From a bacterium (lineage in GTDB: Bacteria > Synergistota > GBS-1), in contig JASKLF010000004.1 in the NCBI GenBank assembly GCA_030153785.1, positions 17,551 through 81,550 of the forward strand: a stretch of DNA of 64,000 nucleotides. Reading direction: 5' to 3'. Numbering within the stretch: position 1 is the first letter of the stretch; every line of letters starts with the position of its first letter. The notes beneath the pieces were generated by a model, which saw only the letters and a list, made by a program, of their open reading frames with translations, was not told the DNA's origin and did no database searches. Positions 1 through 9,208 of this stretch are shown piece by piece. A program made the position numbers and the translations under genes.

Positions 1-2
1 AG

Positions 3-167
3 AGATATTCTATATTAAAAGATGAAAGGCTTGATTTATCTCAAAAGGAATTTAAGTTGAGAAATATAGAGAGGAAAATAAAGGAAATAGAAAGACTTCT
101 AACCATGTTGAACATGGGAGTGGATGTTATCTTTGATGTGCCTGCCTTTTTAAATCTAATCGCTTAG
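3..167 (+). CDS. 3' end of an ORF that starts upstream of the window (C-terminus ...KIKEIERLLTMLNMGVDVIFDVPAFLNLIA); function unknown
   Basis: Frame 3 is open from the window edge to TAG 165-167. The peptide is charged and coiled-coil-like. There is no start codon inside the window. Confidence 0.25.
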   Translation, partial: RYSILKDERLDLSQKEFKLRNIERKIKEIERLLTMLNMGVDVIFDVPAFLNLIA

Positions 168-188
168 TTCTATCCTTTAGGTGGTGAT

Positions 189-2012
189 ATGAGCCTCTTA
201 TCGAGAAATCTACAGGTTTTGAAACATAAGGATAGAAGTTTATTTGACAGGCTGAAGAAGGTAGAAAGAGCACCTTATGTATCTTTCATTTCTTCAAAAT
301 CAGGCCATGTTGTAGCTCGGGTTTTGGGTAAGGATAAGAGGGTTTATCTTCTTCATAGTTCTTATGACCCTTTATCTGAGGCTGAAGATGTAGCCTCTAA
401 GGTTAATTGGTTTGGTGTTTCTCATGTGGTAGTTATGGGAATAGGGTGTGGCTATCAACTTTTGCCTATACTCAGAAGGGTCCCCAAGAATGTTAGGGTT
501 TACGCTGTTGAACCAGACATCGCCTTGTTTAAAGCGGTCTTTGAGACTATTGATTGGACAGAAATACTTTCTTTTCAGAACTTGCATTTGGTGGTAGGGT
601 TACCTCCCTTAAATGCTGCTGATGCCATAATGAGGACTTTAAATCCTTCTGAATTGAAAGCTATAGAGTTTTTGAAGCATCCTGTTTATTATAGATTGCT
701 GCACGGTTACTTTTCTGAGCTGGAGAGGCGTATCTCTGAATCTATAAGGATATCTCTCGTTAATTTAATTACGGCTTTACAATTTAGCTTTAGAGATCAA
801 AAAAATACGTTATTGAATTTAAAATGGTTATTTAGGGGGTCCCCTGTCAAAAATATTTTTAGGAGCTTTGTTAAAAAACCTGCGGTAGTAGTTTGTGCAG
901 GCCCTTCCCTTGATAAGAACATTTATTACCTTAGGGAGGTAAAGGATAAAGCTCTTTTAATTGCGGTAGATACTGCTTTGAGGCCGCTCTTATACCGAGG
1001 AATTCACCCTCATGTTGTAGTTGCAGGTGATCCCCAGGATGCCAATTTTGACCATTTTAGATTAATCGATCCGAAGGAAACCCAAAACATTTTTTTAGTG
1101 GCTGATTTGAGAGTGTCTCCCCTGATTTTTGATTTTTGGAGGGGAAAGATTTTTATATGTGATTTTGGTTCAGAGATAGTCAGGTGGGTTACCCGCCTTG
1201 CGGGGGAGATGGGGCGAATTTCTGTGTGGGGGTCTGTTTCCACAGTGGCTATAAGTTTGGCATATGAGCTTGGTTGCGACCCCATAGCTCTGATTGGTCA
1301 GGATCTTGCTTATACTGGTGCAAGAAAATATGCTTCGTATACTTGGATTGATGAAACAGGCATTAACTCGGTAGATGCAGAGGGAGACGGATTACTCGTA
1401 GAGAAAAATATATGGGGCAGGGATACGCATACAGCGAAAAACATGCTTAGTTATCGAGATTGGTTGTCCCAGTTTTTTAGAAAAAATCGTGGGAATTATA
1501 TAAATTCTACAGAAGGCGGCATTTTGAAAGATGATGTCATGGTCGCAAATTTTGTGGAGGTGGCTTATAATTTTTTACGTGAGCCATTGGGGATTTTGTC
1601 CATTTTAGAAAATAGGTGGATGCCATTTAGAAAAAAGGATAAATTTAAGAGTGTTATCTTAAGGGAGCTTGGGATGCTTGAAAAGAGAATAAGAGAGATA
1701 AAATCTTTTTGCGAGGAAAAGTTGTCCATCTTTGAAAAACTGTATGATAAAATAGGTAAGGACCTTCAAGAAGCGGAAGAAAAACTTAAATCGATGTGGA
1801 GGGATTATCCGTTCTTAAATGAGGTTTTTCTTCCTGTAATATTTTCTTTTAACCGAAACATAGAAAAGGCGAGGTTAGCATCAGAAGAGGAATACTTAAG
1901 AAGGGAGCGCGAAGCCTACTTTCTTTTATTTGCTGGAATTGTAGAGATAGCTTCCAATTACGAAAAAGTAATTGGCTCTTCAATGAGATTGCTTAGGGGG
2001 GAAGAACCATGA
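189..2012 (+). CDS. Maf-like (motility accessory factor) / DUF115 (MptE-like) family protein, putative nonulosonic-acid glycosyltransferase
   Basis: 607 aa ORF with RBS AGGTGGTGA before ATG 189. The N-terminus (NLQVLKHKDRSLFDRLKK...) and the ~600 aa length resemble Campylobacter Maf/DUF115 proteins. The family assignment is from memory and was not searched. Confidence 0.5.
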   Translation: MSLLSRNLQVLKHKDRSLFDRLKKVERAPYVSFISSKSGHVVARVLGKDKRVYLLHSSYDPLSEAEDVASKVNWFGVSHVVVMGIGCGYQLLPILRRVPKNVRVYAVEPDIALFKAVFETIDWTEILSFQNLHLVVGLPPLNAADAIMRTLNPSELKAIEFLKHPVYYRLLHGYFSELERRISESIRISLVNLITALQFSFRDQKNTLLNLKWLFRGSPVKNIFRSFVKKPAVVVCAGPSLDKNIYYLREVKDKALLIAVDTALRPLLYRGIHPHVVVAGDPQDANFDHFRLIDPKETQNIFLVADLRVSPLIFDFWRGKIFICDFGSEIVRWVTRLAGEMGRISVWGSVSTVAISLAYELGCDPIALIGQDLAYTGARKYASYTWIDETGINSVDAEGDGLLVEKNIWGRDTHTAKNMLSYRDWLSQFFRKNRGNYINSTEGGILKDDVMVANFVEVAYNFLREPLGILSILENRWMPFRKKDKFKSVILRELGMLEKRIREIKSFCEEKLSIFEKLYDKIGKDLQEAEEKLKSMWRDYPFLNEVFLPVIFSFNRNIEKARLASEEEYLRREREAYFLLFAGIVEIASNYEKVIGSSMRLLRGEEP

Positions 2013-2278
2013 AGTTCTTTTTTTGGGATTTGGGGACATATGTTGGAAGGGTTCTTTTGTCTCTTTTAGCAGGTGGAGGTATTGCTTTAGTTGCAATCGT
2101 TTTAGCTTTTATATTCTGGGATAAAGCAGATATTATTAAAGAAGAACTGGAGGAGAAGGGAAGATCTTCTGAAAAGTTTGCTTCGCTAATTTGGAGGTTT
2201 TTGGCTTTATTTGTTGGAATCCTTGGATGTTTATGGGGTTTATCTGCTTTTATAGATTTGGTAAGATTCTTCTTTTAG
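2009..2278 (+). CDS. small two-TM membrane protein of unknown function, translationally coupled to the Maf-like gene
   Basis: 89 aa with two hydrophobic helices. An ATGA start/stop overlap with the upstream gene and an AGGGGGGAAG RBS support it. Confidence 0.4.
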   Translation: MKFFFWDLGTYVGRVLLSLLAGGGIALVAIVLAFIFWDKADIIKEELEEKGRSSEKFASLIWRFLALFVGILGCLWGLSAFIDLVRFFF

Positions 2279-2290
2279 GGAGGGAAGGAC

Positions 2291-2518
2291 ATGAAGTTAC
2301 TTTTGGTAATGCTCCATCTTTTAATAGCAGTAGCTTTAATATCTTTGATTGTGATTCAAGGGAGAAAAAGTTCAAGATTTTCTGGAATTTTTGGCGGAGG
2401 AACATTAGCAGATTTGAGTGGGGGACAGAGGAAAAAGTTGCCGTTTCTTACGAAAGTAACCGCAATCTTGGGGGCTATCTTTATGTTTACCTCTTTTTTA
2501 ATGGTTCTTTATAAGTGA
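2291..2518 (+). CDS. secG: preprotein translocase subunit SecG
   Basis: 75 aa with two TM helices flanking a Gly-rich loop (IQGRKSS..FGGG..LSGG), the SecG signature. A GGGAGGGAAGG RBS precedes the start. Confidence 0.7.
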   Translation: MKLLLVMLHLLIAVALISLIVIQGRKSSRFSGIFGGGTLADLSGGQRKKLPFLTKVTAILGAIFMFTSFLMVLYK

Positions 2519-2534
2519 AAAGCGAGGGATACAT

Positions 2535-3563
2535 ATGGTTTGGACTTTTGAGGAGATTAGGAAGCTTAGAGTAAACTCTAACCGTTTTCACTCTGCAACT
2601 CACGACGAGATAAAAGAGGGGTTAACTACGGATATTTATTTTATTAAAACAATTGAAGTTTTGAAACACCTTGGTCTTGAGTCTGTAAATGTGGTTGCAG
2701 ATATATTTCCTCGGCGTGCTGGTGTGTTAGCGGGTGTTGAGGAGGTTCTAAAGCTCCTCGAGGACAAGAAAAACATAAAAGTTTGGTCCTTACAAGAGGG
2801 AGAGGAGTTTGAAAAAAAAGAAGTGATTATGCAAATAGAGGGACCTTATTGCGAATTTGGCCCGCTGGAGACTGTTATTTTGGGTATGCTTGCTAGTGCT
2901 TCTGGTTGGGCTTCTGCAGCTCGGGAGTGTAAAAAAGCTGCAGGTGGGAAAATTGTGTTGTGCTTTGGTGCAAGACATGTTCACCCGGCAGTGGCGCCAG
3001 TGATGGAAAGGGCTGCGATTATTGGAGGTGCTGACGCTGCAAGTTGTATCCTTGGAGCAAAGCTTTTGGGTAAAGAACCTCGGGGAACGATACCTCATGC
3101 AGCCATTTTGATAGCTGGTGATACGGTGGTTTTCGCGAAGGGGTATGACGAGGTTATGCCTGAGGATGAACCAAGAATTGTTCTTGTTGACACTTTTAAA
3201 GATGAGGCTGAAGAAGCCCTGAGAGTAGCAAGCGTGTTGAAAGAGAGGCTTGCGGGCATAAGATTGGATACTCCTGATGAGAGAGGAGGAGTGACCTCGG
3301 AGCTTATTAAGGAGGTTAGGGCACGATTAGACCAAGCGGGCTTCAGTCATGTCAAAATCTTTGTTTCTGGGGGATTGACCCCTGAGAGGATAGCTTTTTT
3401 AAAAGACGCTCCTGTTGATGGTTTTGGTGTTGGGAGTTATATAGTTCACGGGGTTTATATTGATATGACGATGGACATAAAGGAGGTTATGGGAAAGCCC
3501 ATTGCCAAGAGAGGTAGAATTCCTGGTAGGGCAAATAACCCTCGTCTCAAACGAATGCTGTAG
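2535..3563 (+). CDS. pncB: nicotinate phosphoribosyltransferase, archaeal/short type
   Basis: 342 aa. The motifs DIYF, GARHVHPAVAPVMERAAIIGGADAAS, GTIPHA and a C-terminal GKPIAKRG match short NAPRTases (recalled alignment to Thermoplasma-type enzymes). Confidence 0.7.
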   Translation: MVWTFEEIRKLRVNSNRFHSATHDEIKEGLTTDIYFIKTIEVLKHLGLESVNVVADIFPRRAGVLAGVEEVLKLLEDKKNIKVWSLQEGEEFEKKEVIMQIEGPYCEFGPLETVILGMLASASGWASAARECKKAAGGKIVLCFGARHVHPAVAPVMERAAIIGGADAASCILGAKLLGKEPRGTIPHAAILIAGDTVVFAKGYDEVMPEDEPRIVLVDTFKDEAEEALRVASVLKERLAGIRLDTPDERGGVTSELIKEVRARLDQAGFSHVKIFVSGGLTPERIAFLKDAPVDGFGVGSYIVHGVYIDMTMDIKEVMGKPIAKRGRIPGRANNPRLKRML

Positions 3564-3574
3564 GGGGGAAGAAT

Positions 3575-4696
3575 ATGAAGATCCCTTTGCTTGATCTTAA
3601 GGCTCAATATGAGCGCATTAAAGATGAAGTTCAAAGGGCGATTTTTTCTGTTTTAGAAACTCAGCAATTTGTATTGGGTGAAAAGGTTGCTAAGTTTGAA
3701 GATGAAATAGCTAAATATGTTGGTGTTAAGCACGCTATAGGGGTAGCTTCAGGAAGTGATGCGCTTTTATTGGCTTACATGTCTTTAGGATTAAAGGAAG
3801 GTGATGAGATAATAACTTCTCCTTTTACGTTTTTTGCTACTGCTAGTTCTGCTGCTCGTTTAGGGATTAAGGTTGTGTTTGCCGATATTAGGGAAGACAC
3901 TTTTAATATAAGTGTAGATTCTCTTCGCGAGAGAATTACAAGTAACACGAAGGCGATAGTTCCTGTCCATATTTTTGGACAGCCTGCAGATATGGATAAA
4001 ATAATGGAAGTTTCTGACTCTATGGGTATTCCTGTGGTAGAGGATTTAGCTCAAGCAATAGGAGCGAAGTATGAAAACAAGAAAGTAGGTAGTTTTGGTT
4101 TAGTAAATTGTGTGTCTTTTTTCCCCTCGAAGAACTTAGGAGGGTATGGAGATGGAGGAGCAGTTTTGACTAATGATGATATTCTTGCTAAGAAGGTTCG
4201 GGTTCTTCGGGTTCACGGGAGTTCTGAGAGGTATTACCATGAATTTTTGGGGATTAACAGCCGTTTGGATGAAATTCAGGCTGCAGTCCTTTTAGTCAAG
4301 ATTAAATATCTGGATTTATGGAATGAGGAGAGAAGGAGTCGTGCCAATTATTACAACTATCTGTTTAAGGAAGCTTCTTTAGATGAGTTTTTGATTCCCC
4401 CTGTTGAACTCGAAAGGTGTTATCATGTGTATCATCAATATGTAGTTAGGGTTAAAGACAGAGATGAACTTAGGTCCTATCTTGCTGAAAAGGGTATTTC
4501 TACACAAGTTTATTACCCCCTTCCTCTCCATCTTCAGCCGTGTTTTAGCGGTTGGGGTTATAAGCGAGGATATTGTCCGATAGCTGAGAAAGTTTGCGAT
4601 GAAGTTTTAGCGCTTCCGATGTATCCAGAGCTTTCCCCTTCTATGCAGGAGTATATCGTTGAATCAATTGCCAATTTTTATGGTAAGAGGATTTAA
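3575..4696 (+). CDS. DegT/DnrJ/EryC1/StrS family PLP-dependent sugar aminotransferase
   Basis: 373 aa. The N-terminus IPLLDLKAQYERIKDEV, the GSDALLLA motif and a Lys in the SFFPSKNLGGYGDGG region are typical of the DegT family. Confidence 0.85.
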   Translation: MKIPLLDLKAQYERIKDEVQRAIFSVLETQQFVLGEKVAKFEDEIAKYVGVKHAIGVASGSDALLLAYMSLGLKEGDEIITSPFTFFATASSAARLGIKVVFADIREDTFNISVDSLRERITSNTKAIVPVHIFGQPADMDKIMEVSDSMGIPVVEDLAQAIGAKYENKKVGSFGLVNCVSFFPSKNLGGYGDGGAVLTNDDILAKKVRVLRVHGSSERYYHEFLGINSRLDEIQAAVLLVKIKYLDLWNEERRSRANYYNYLFKEASLDEFLIPPVELERCYHVYHQYVVRVKDRDELRSYLAEKGISTQVYYPLPLHLQPCFSGWGYKRGYCPIAEKVCDEVLALPMYPELSPSMQEYIVESIANFYGKRI

Positions 4697-4698
4697 AA

Positions 4699-5559
4699 AT
4701 GAGGGACTTTTGGCAGGAAGTTGTGGATCTAATTGCTGAGGATGCGGCTCATAGAGGAATAGCCGATAATAAGAACAAGTTTGATTTATTAAAAGCATGT
4801 GAGAAGCTATTGCAATCTAAAAAGGTTGCTATATTTACAGGATTTACTATAATGCCTTTTGTAAAGTGTGAGACTGATGGCCCGCTGGGAGCTATCTTTC
4901 TTGCAAGAGCGCTTCTGGAGTTGGGTAAAAATGTGTCTATATGGACAGATGACCTTTATTCTTCTGTTGTAGAAAAAGGAGTAAATAGCTTAGGTATCAG
5001 GATTCCCGTTTATGGTGTTCCTTTTAAATGGGGTGGTTGGTTTTTCCAGCTATTTTGGAAAGAAGGCTTTGATTTATTAATTTCCATAGAGAGGCCGGGA
5101 AGAGGTATAGATGGTAGATATTATAGTTCGCGAGAAGAAGATATAACCTGTTACGTCTCTCCTCTGGATGAGTTTTTCATAGAGGCTAAAAGAAGGAAGA
5201 TTCCGACTATTGGTATTGGTGATGGTGGGAATGAAATTGGCATGGGTAATATTAGGGAAAAACTTTTGTTTAAATTTCCCGAGAAAGGGAAGATATTTAG
5301 CATAGTAAAGGTTGATCATCTTATAATTGGAGGGATTTCCAATTGGGGAGGATATGGTCTTATTGCTGGATTAGCCAAATTGTTGAGTAATGGCAGACTT
5401 TTGCCTTCCCCCGCTGAAGAGGAATTCCTTTTAAACGTCATGGTGGATAGTGGAAGCATAGATGGTGTTACATTGGAGTATTCTTTGAGTGTGGATGGAG
5501 TTAATAAAGCTATTTTGCAACGCAAACTAAGGGAATTGAGACTTTGCTTAGGAAGTTAG
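4699..5559 (+). CDS. conserved hypothetical protein with GIGDGGNEIGMGN motif (possibly a DUF4392-like fold)
   Basis: 286 aa ORF with RBS and tight spacing to neighbours. No confident family assignment from sequence alone. Confidence 0.55.
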   Translation: MRDFWQEVVDLIAEDAAHRGIADNKNKFDLLKACEKLLQSKKVAIFTGFTIMPFVKCETDGPLGAIFLARALLELGKNVSIWTDDLYSSVVEKGVNSLGIRIPVYGVPFKWGGWFFQLFWKEGFDLLISIERPGRGIDGRYYSSREEDITCYVSPLDEFFIEAKRRKIPTIGIGDGGNEIGMGNIREKLLFKFPEKGKIFSIVKVDHLIIGGISNWGGYGLIAGLAKLLSNGRLLPSPAEEEFLLNVMVDSGSIDGVTLEYSLSVDGVNKAILQRKLRELRLCLGS

Positions 5560-5993
5560 TAAGTTTAACTTGTTTTCTTTCTTTGTTGTTTTTTGCATAC
5601 GGTTGTGTAGGGTTAAGCAAGTGGAGGAGCTACTACTATGCTGGCGATTTAGAGATTCAGGAAGCATATATTTGTGCTGATGTTGATGAAGAGTTGAATC
5701 CTTTGGATATTAAAAATATATTTAGTTATGGCGTTACTAAAGTGTGTCTCTACTTTAAATATAAGTATACAAATGGAGGAACAGCTATTTTAAGATTAAG
5801 ATTATATTATGAAGGAGTTTTCGTTTATCAAGATAGTTACTACTTGGACAAGGGTGAGGGTAAAAAAGCTTATTACTTCTTTTTATCCTCGGGTAAACCT
5901 CTTCCGCAAGGTTCTTATGAAGTCCGAATGATGTTCAAGGGAAGGGTTATTAAGGTTTTATCTTTTATGGTAAAGGGTGGGGGTGAAACCTGA
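5544..5993 (+). CDS. putative lipoprotein (signal peptide plus Cys), Tyr-rich
   Basis: 149 aa with N-terminal signal LVSLTCFLSLLFFAYGC ending in a lipobox-like AYGC. Confidence 0.5.
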   Translation: MLRKLVSLTCFLSLLFFAYGCVGLSKWRSYYYAGDLEIQEAYICADVDEELNPLDIKNIFSYGVTKVCLYFKYKYTNGGTAILRLRLYYEGVFVYQDSYYLDKGEGKKAYYFFLSSGKPLPQGSYEVRMMFKGRVIKVLSFMVKGGGET

Positions 5994-6774
5994 TTTGAGA
6001 AAATTTATTCTTATGTTGGCTCCTGTGGGTGGAAAAGAGATACCTTCTACCTTTGAAGTTATCGAAGAGGCTGTTAGGTTGAGAATTAAAGGGGTTTCCG
6101 TTTTGCACTTTCAGAGTATTTCTTCTGAAGATAAACAGCTTAGTTATAACATAGAGCCCTATTCTCAAGCCATAGCTTGGTTAAGGGAAAGCAGTGATAT
6201 TCTGATGGAATTCCCGGCATGGGGAACATTAAAACATAGCTTGGAAGAAAGAGTAGCTCCCTTGGTTTTAAAGCCGGATTTCATAGAAATTATTCCTGGC
6301 TCTATTAATTTGGGGGATCAGGTTATATATAATCCTCTTAGCTACATAGACTTTATTATACAGGTAAGTTCAGAAGTTTTTGTTAAACCAGTTTTTAATG
6401 TGTTCTCTCCTTCTATGCTTATTTATGTTAGAAACTTAATAGATAGAGGGAAGCTAAATCCTCCATATATATTTACTCTCACTTTTACAGAAGAATACTT
6501 CCCTCCTACGATAGATAACTTGCTTTACATTTATAAGCTTTTACCCCAAAATAGTAAATGGTTTTTAAGTGTCAAAGGAAAAACATCAGGCTCCTTATTT
6601 GCTGTTGCTTTAGAGCTTGGCGGTAATATAAGGGTTGGTCTGGAGGATTGGTGTGATGGCCAAGACCTAACTAATGAAAGACTTGTTACTGAGGTTTTAA
6701 GGATTGCCACTTCTTTAGGCTTTGAACCTGCAACTCCGAAGGAAACTTCTGAGATTTTGGGGAAGGTGATGTAG
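5977..6774 (+). CDS. BKACE/DUF849 family (3-keto-5-aminohexanoate cleavage enzyme-like) TIM-barrel protein
   Basis: The pattern FILMLAPVGG...VLHFQ...EFPAWGT matches the BKACE N-terminal pattern (IIT.A.TG / V.H.H.R). The likely real start is TTG 5995, preceded by a GGGTGGGGGTGA RBS. Confidence 0.55.
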   Translation: MGVKPDLRKFILMLAPVGGKEIPSTFEVIEEAVRLRIKGVSVLHFQSISSEDKQLSYNIEPYSQAIAWLRESSDILMEFPAWGTLKHSLEERVAPLVLKPDFIEIIPGSINLGDQVIYNPLSYIDFIIQVSSEVFVKPVFNVFSPSMLIYVRNLIDRGKLNPPYIFTLTFTEEYFPPTIDNLLYIYKLLPQNSKWFLSVKGKTSGSLFAVALELGGNIRVGLEDWCDGQDLTNERLVTEVLRIATSLGFEPATPKETSEILGKVM

Positions 6775-6800
6775 AAACGTCTTTAGTCACTGGAGACGTT

Positions 6801-7631
6801 TTGTTAAAAAGGGCTATGGAGGGGAAATATGGTGTAGGAGCTTTTAATTTTAACAATCTTGAGTTCCTACAGGCCATATTAGAGGCGGCAAAAGAAACGA
6901 ATTCACCGGTTATACTTCAGGTTAGCGAAGGTGGCATGAAATATATGGGCTTGTCGTTTTTAGAGGGAATTATTAAGCACCTCCTTTATAAGGTTGAAGT
7001 TCCTGTGGCTATTCATCTTGATCATGGTTCGAGCTTAGATGCCGTACTTTATGCGATAAGGATAGGTTTTACTTCTGTAATGATAGATGCGTCGAAAAGG
7101 CCTTTTGATGAGAATGTTAATATAACTCGGGAGGTTGTTAAGATTGCTCATACTGTTGGGGTTTCTGTAGAAGCCGAACTTGGGAAGATAAAGGGAACAG
7201 AGGAGCATGTAGAAGTTTCTGAGCGAGAGGCTCTTTTCACCGATCCCGATGAGGCGGCAAAGTTTGTGGAATTGACGGAAGTGGATTCCCTTGCTGTTGC
7301 TATAGGTACGGCTCATGGAATCTATAAAGGTGAACCAAAGCTTGACTTTGATAGACTTTATGATATAAAAAGAAAGGTAGGCATTCCCCTAGTTCTTCAT
7401 GGGGCTTCTGGAGTTCCACTAGACGACGTGAGGAGAGCTATATCTTTGGGAATATGTAAGATTAATATCGATACTGATTTAAGGGTAGCCTTTAGGAACA
7501 AGCTGGCGGAAGTACTTTCTATCAGGAGAGATGAGATTGATCCGCGTAAATTCTTGGGTCCTGCAAGAGATGCGGTTAAAGAGGTTGTTATTGAAAAGAT
7601 AAAAGCTTTTGGTTCCGAAGGGAGGGCGTGA
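6801..7631 (+). CDS. fba: class II fructose-1,6-bisphosphate aldolase
   Basis: 276 aa with GKYGVGAFNFNNLEFLQAIL, the HLDHG Zn site and GASG, all typical of class II FBA. The start is TTG. Confidence 0.85.
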   Translation: MLKRAMEGKYGVGAFNFNNLEFLQAILEAAKETNSPVILQVSEGGMKYMGLSFLEGIIKHLLYKVEVPVAIHLDHGSSLDAVLYAIRIGFTSVMIDASKRPFDENVNITREVVKIAHTVGVSVEAELGKIKGTEEHVEVSEREALFTDPDEAAKFVELTEVDSLAVAIGTAHGIYKGEPKLDFDRLYDIKRKVGIPLVLHGASGVPLDDVRRAISLGICKINIDTDLRVAFRNKLAEVLSIRRDEIDPRKFLGPARDAVKEVVIEKIKAFGSEGRA

Positions 7632-7637
7632 TGGAGA

Positions 7638-8294
7638 ATGAAACTCTTTTTGGATACTGCGAATATTGAGGAAATAAAACAAGCTTTAAGTTGGGGAGTG
7701 ATTTCGGGTGTAACAACCAATCCTACTCTTGTTAGTAGGGAAGGGGATAAGGATTTTCATTCTCTTATCAGGGAAATATGTGACCTCGTTAAAGGCCCTG
7801 TCAGCGCAGAAGTAATAAGCTTGGATGCAGATGGCATGATCAGGGAGGCTGAAGAGCTTGCATCTTTAAGTGAGCATGTGGTCATAAAAATCCCGATGAC
7901 TCCAGAAGGTATGAAGGCGGTTTCTGTGTTATCCAAGGAAGGAATAAAGACAAATGTTACACTTGTTTTTTCCGTTGAGCAGGCTCTCTTAGCTGCAAAT
8001 GCAGGTGCCACTTATGTAAGCCCTTTTATAGGGAGACTAGATGATATTGGTGGGGATGGGGTAGGACTCGTGGCAGACATAGTTTCAGTATTTAAAAGGG
8101 GGAATTTTGAGACTCAAGTTATAGCAGCTAGTATAAGACATACTAGGCATGTTCGGGAGTGTGCATTGATAGGTGCTCATATAGCTACAGTTCCTTTCAA
8201 TGTGTTAAGAGGAATGTTTGTTCACCCTCTTACAGATATTGGTATACAGAGGTTTCTTAAAGATTGGGAATCCTTTAAGAATAGAGCAAGATAA
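7638..8294 (+). CDS. tal: transaldolase / fructose-6-phosphate aldolase, short (MipB/TalC) type
   Basis: 218 aa with N-terminus [22 protein letters not shown], typical of this family. Confidence 0.85.
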   Translation: MKLFLDTANIEEIKQALSWGVISGVTTNPTLVSREGDKDFHSLIREICDLVKGPVSAEVISLDADGMIREAEELASLSEHVVIKIPMTPEGMKAVSVLSKEGIKTNVTLVFSVEQALLAANAGATYVSPFIGRLDDIGGDGVGLVADIVSVFKRGNFETQVIAASIRHTRHVRECALIGAHIATVPFNVLRGMFVHPLTDIGIQRFLKDWESFKNRAR

Positions 8295-9205
8295 TGTCCT
8301 TTTGGTTTATAGTTTTTTTTCTTTCCTCCATTGGTGTGGTAGGGGGAGGTATCGTTTTAGAAAGAGCTACTGAAGAGTGGGCTGAGCGAAAAGGGGTTAC
8401 TAAAGAATGGGCTGGTTTTATAATCCTTTCGATTATTACTTCCTCGCCAGAACTTGCTACTGCTATAAGTGGGGCTTTGAAGGGATACCCAAATATGGTT
8501 GTTGGTGATATACTTGGTGGAAATCTCCTTAATATAGCTGTTTTTTCCCTTTTATCTTTCTTGTGGTATAACCTTTTTCGACATCTTAATCGCAGAGTTT
8601 TTTTTGAGTTAATATGGTGGAATATAGGTTTTAGTTTTGTGATGCTGTTTGCTCTTAAATTGAAGACAAACCTGCTTTGGGTTTTTCTAATTTATCCACT
8701 TGTAGCTTTTCGGGTTTTTGAACGCCCTAGTGAGTTAGGTGTTTCTCACAAAAGTAGCAGTAAAGCAAATTTTGTCGTTTACTTTGGAATTAGTGTGATC
8801 ACGGTAATTGTGTCTAGCTACTTTTTGATGGTGTCTGGTGCGCAATTATCTAAGCTTACTAATATAACCGATACTTTTATAGGGACTTTGTTTATTGCTA
8901 TTGTGACTTCTGCTCCGGAGCTTTCTGTTTCTTTTACTGCTCTTTTAAGAAAAGCTCATGGGTTATGCGTTGGGAATATCTTGGGGAGCAACCTTTTGAA
9001 CTTTTTTATACTTCCGGTGGCTGATATTTTCTTCAAAGGTCCGTTTGTTGCTTTTACATCTTCTGAACATATGGTTACCGTCTCCGGATTGATTTTTGCA
9101 AGTTTGCTTTCTTTAATTTCTATACTCTTTTCTGTTAAGTTCCTGAGACTGATACCTGTTGTTGTTTACATAGTTGTCATTTTCTTTTTGAGCAGGGGGG
9201 TATAA
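8294..9205 (+). CDS. Na+/Ca2+ exchanger (CaCA family, YrbG-like) membrane protein
   Basis: 303 aa and polytopic. It has two alpha-repeats, GDILGGNLLNIAVF and GNILGSNLLNFFIL. Confidence 0.7.
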   Translation: MSFWFIVFFLSSIGVVGGGIVLERATEEWAERKGVTKEWAGFIILSIITSSPELATAISGALKGYPNMVVGDILGGNLLNIAVFSLLSFLWYNLFRHLNRRVFFELIWWNIGFSFVMLFALKLKTNLLWVFLIYPLVAFRVFERPSELGVSHKSSSKANFVVYFGISVITVIVSSYFLMVSGAQLSKLTNITDTFIGTLFIAIVTSAPELSVSFTALLRKAHGLCVGNILGSNLLNFFILPVADIFFKGPFVAFTSSEHMVTVSGLIFASLLSLISILFSVKFLRLIPVVVYIVVIFFLSRGV

Positions 9206-9208
9206 AAA

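Noticed and set aside
2191-2514. 107-aa plus-strand ORF overlapping secG in another frame
   Set aside because: The secG frame gives a textbook SecG with a good RBS. This alternative frame has no family resemblance.
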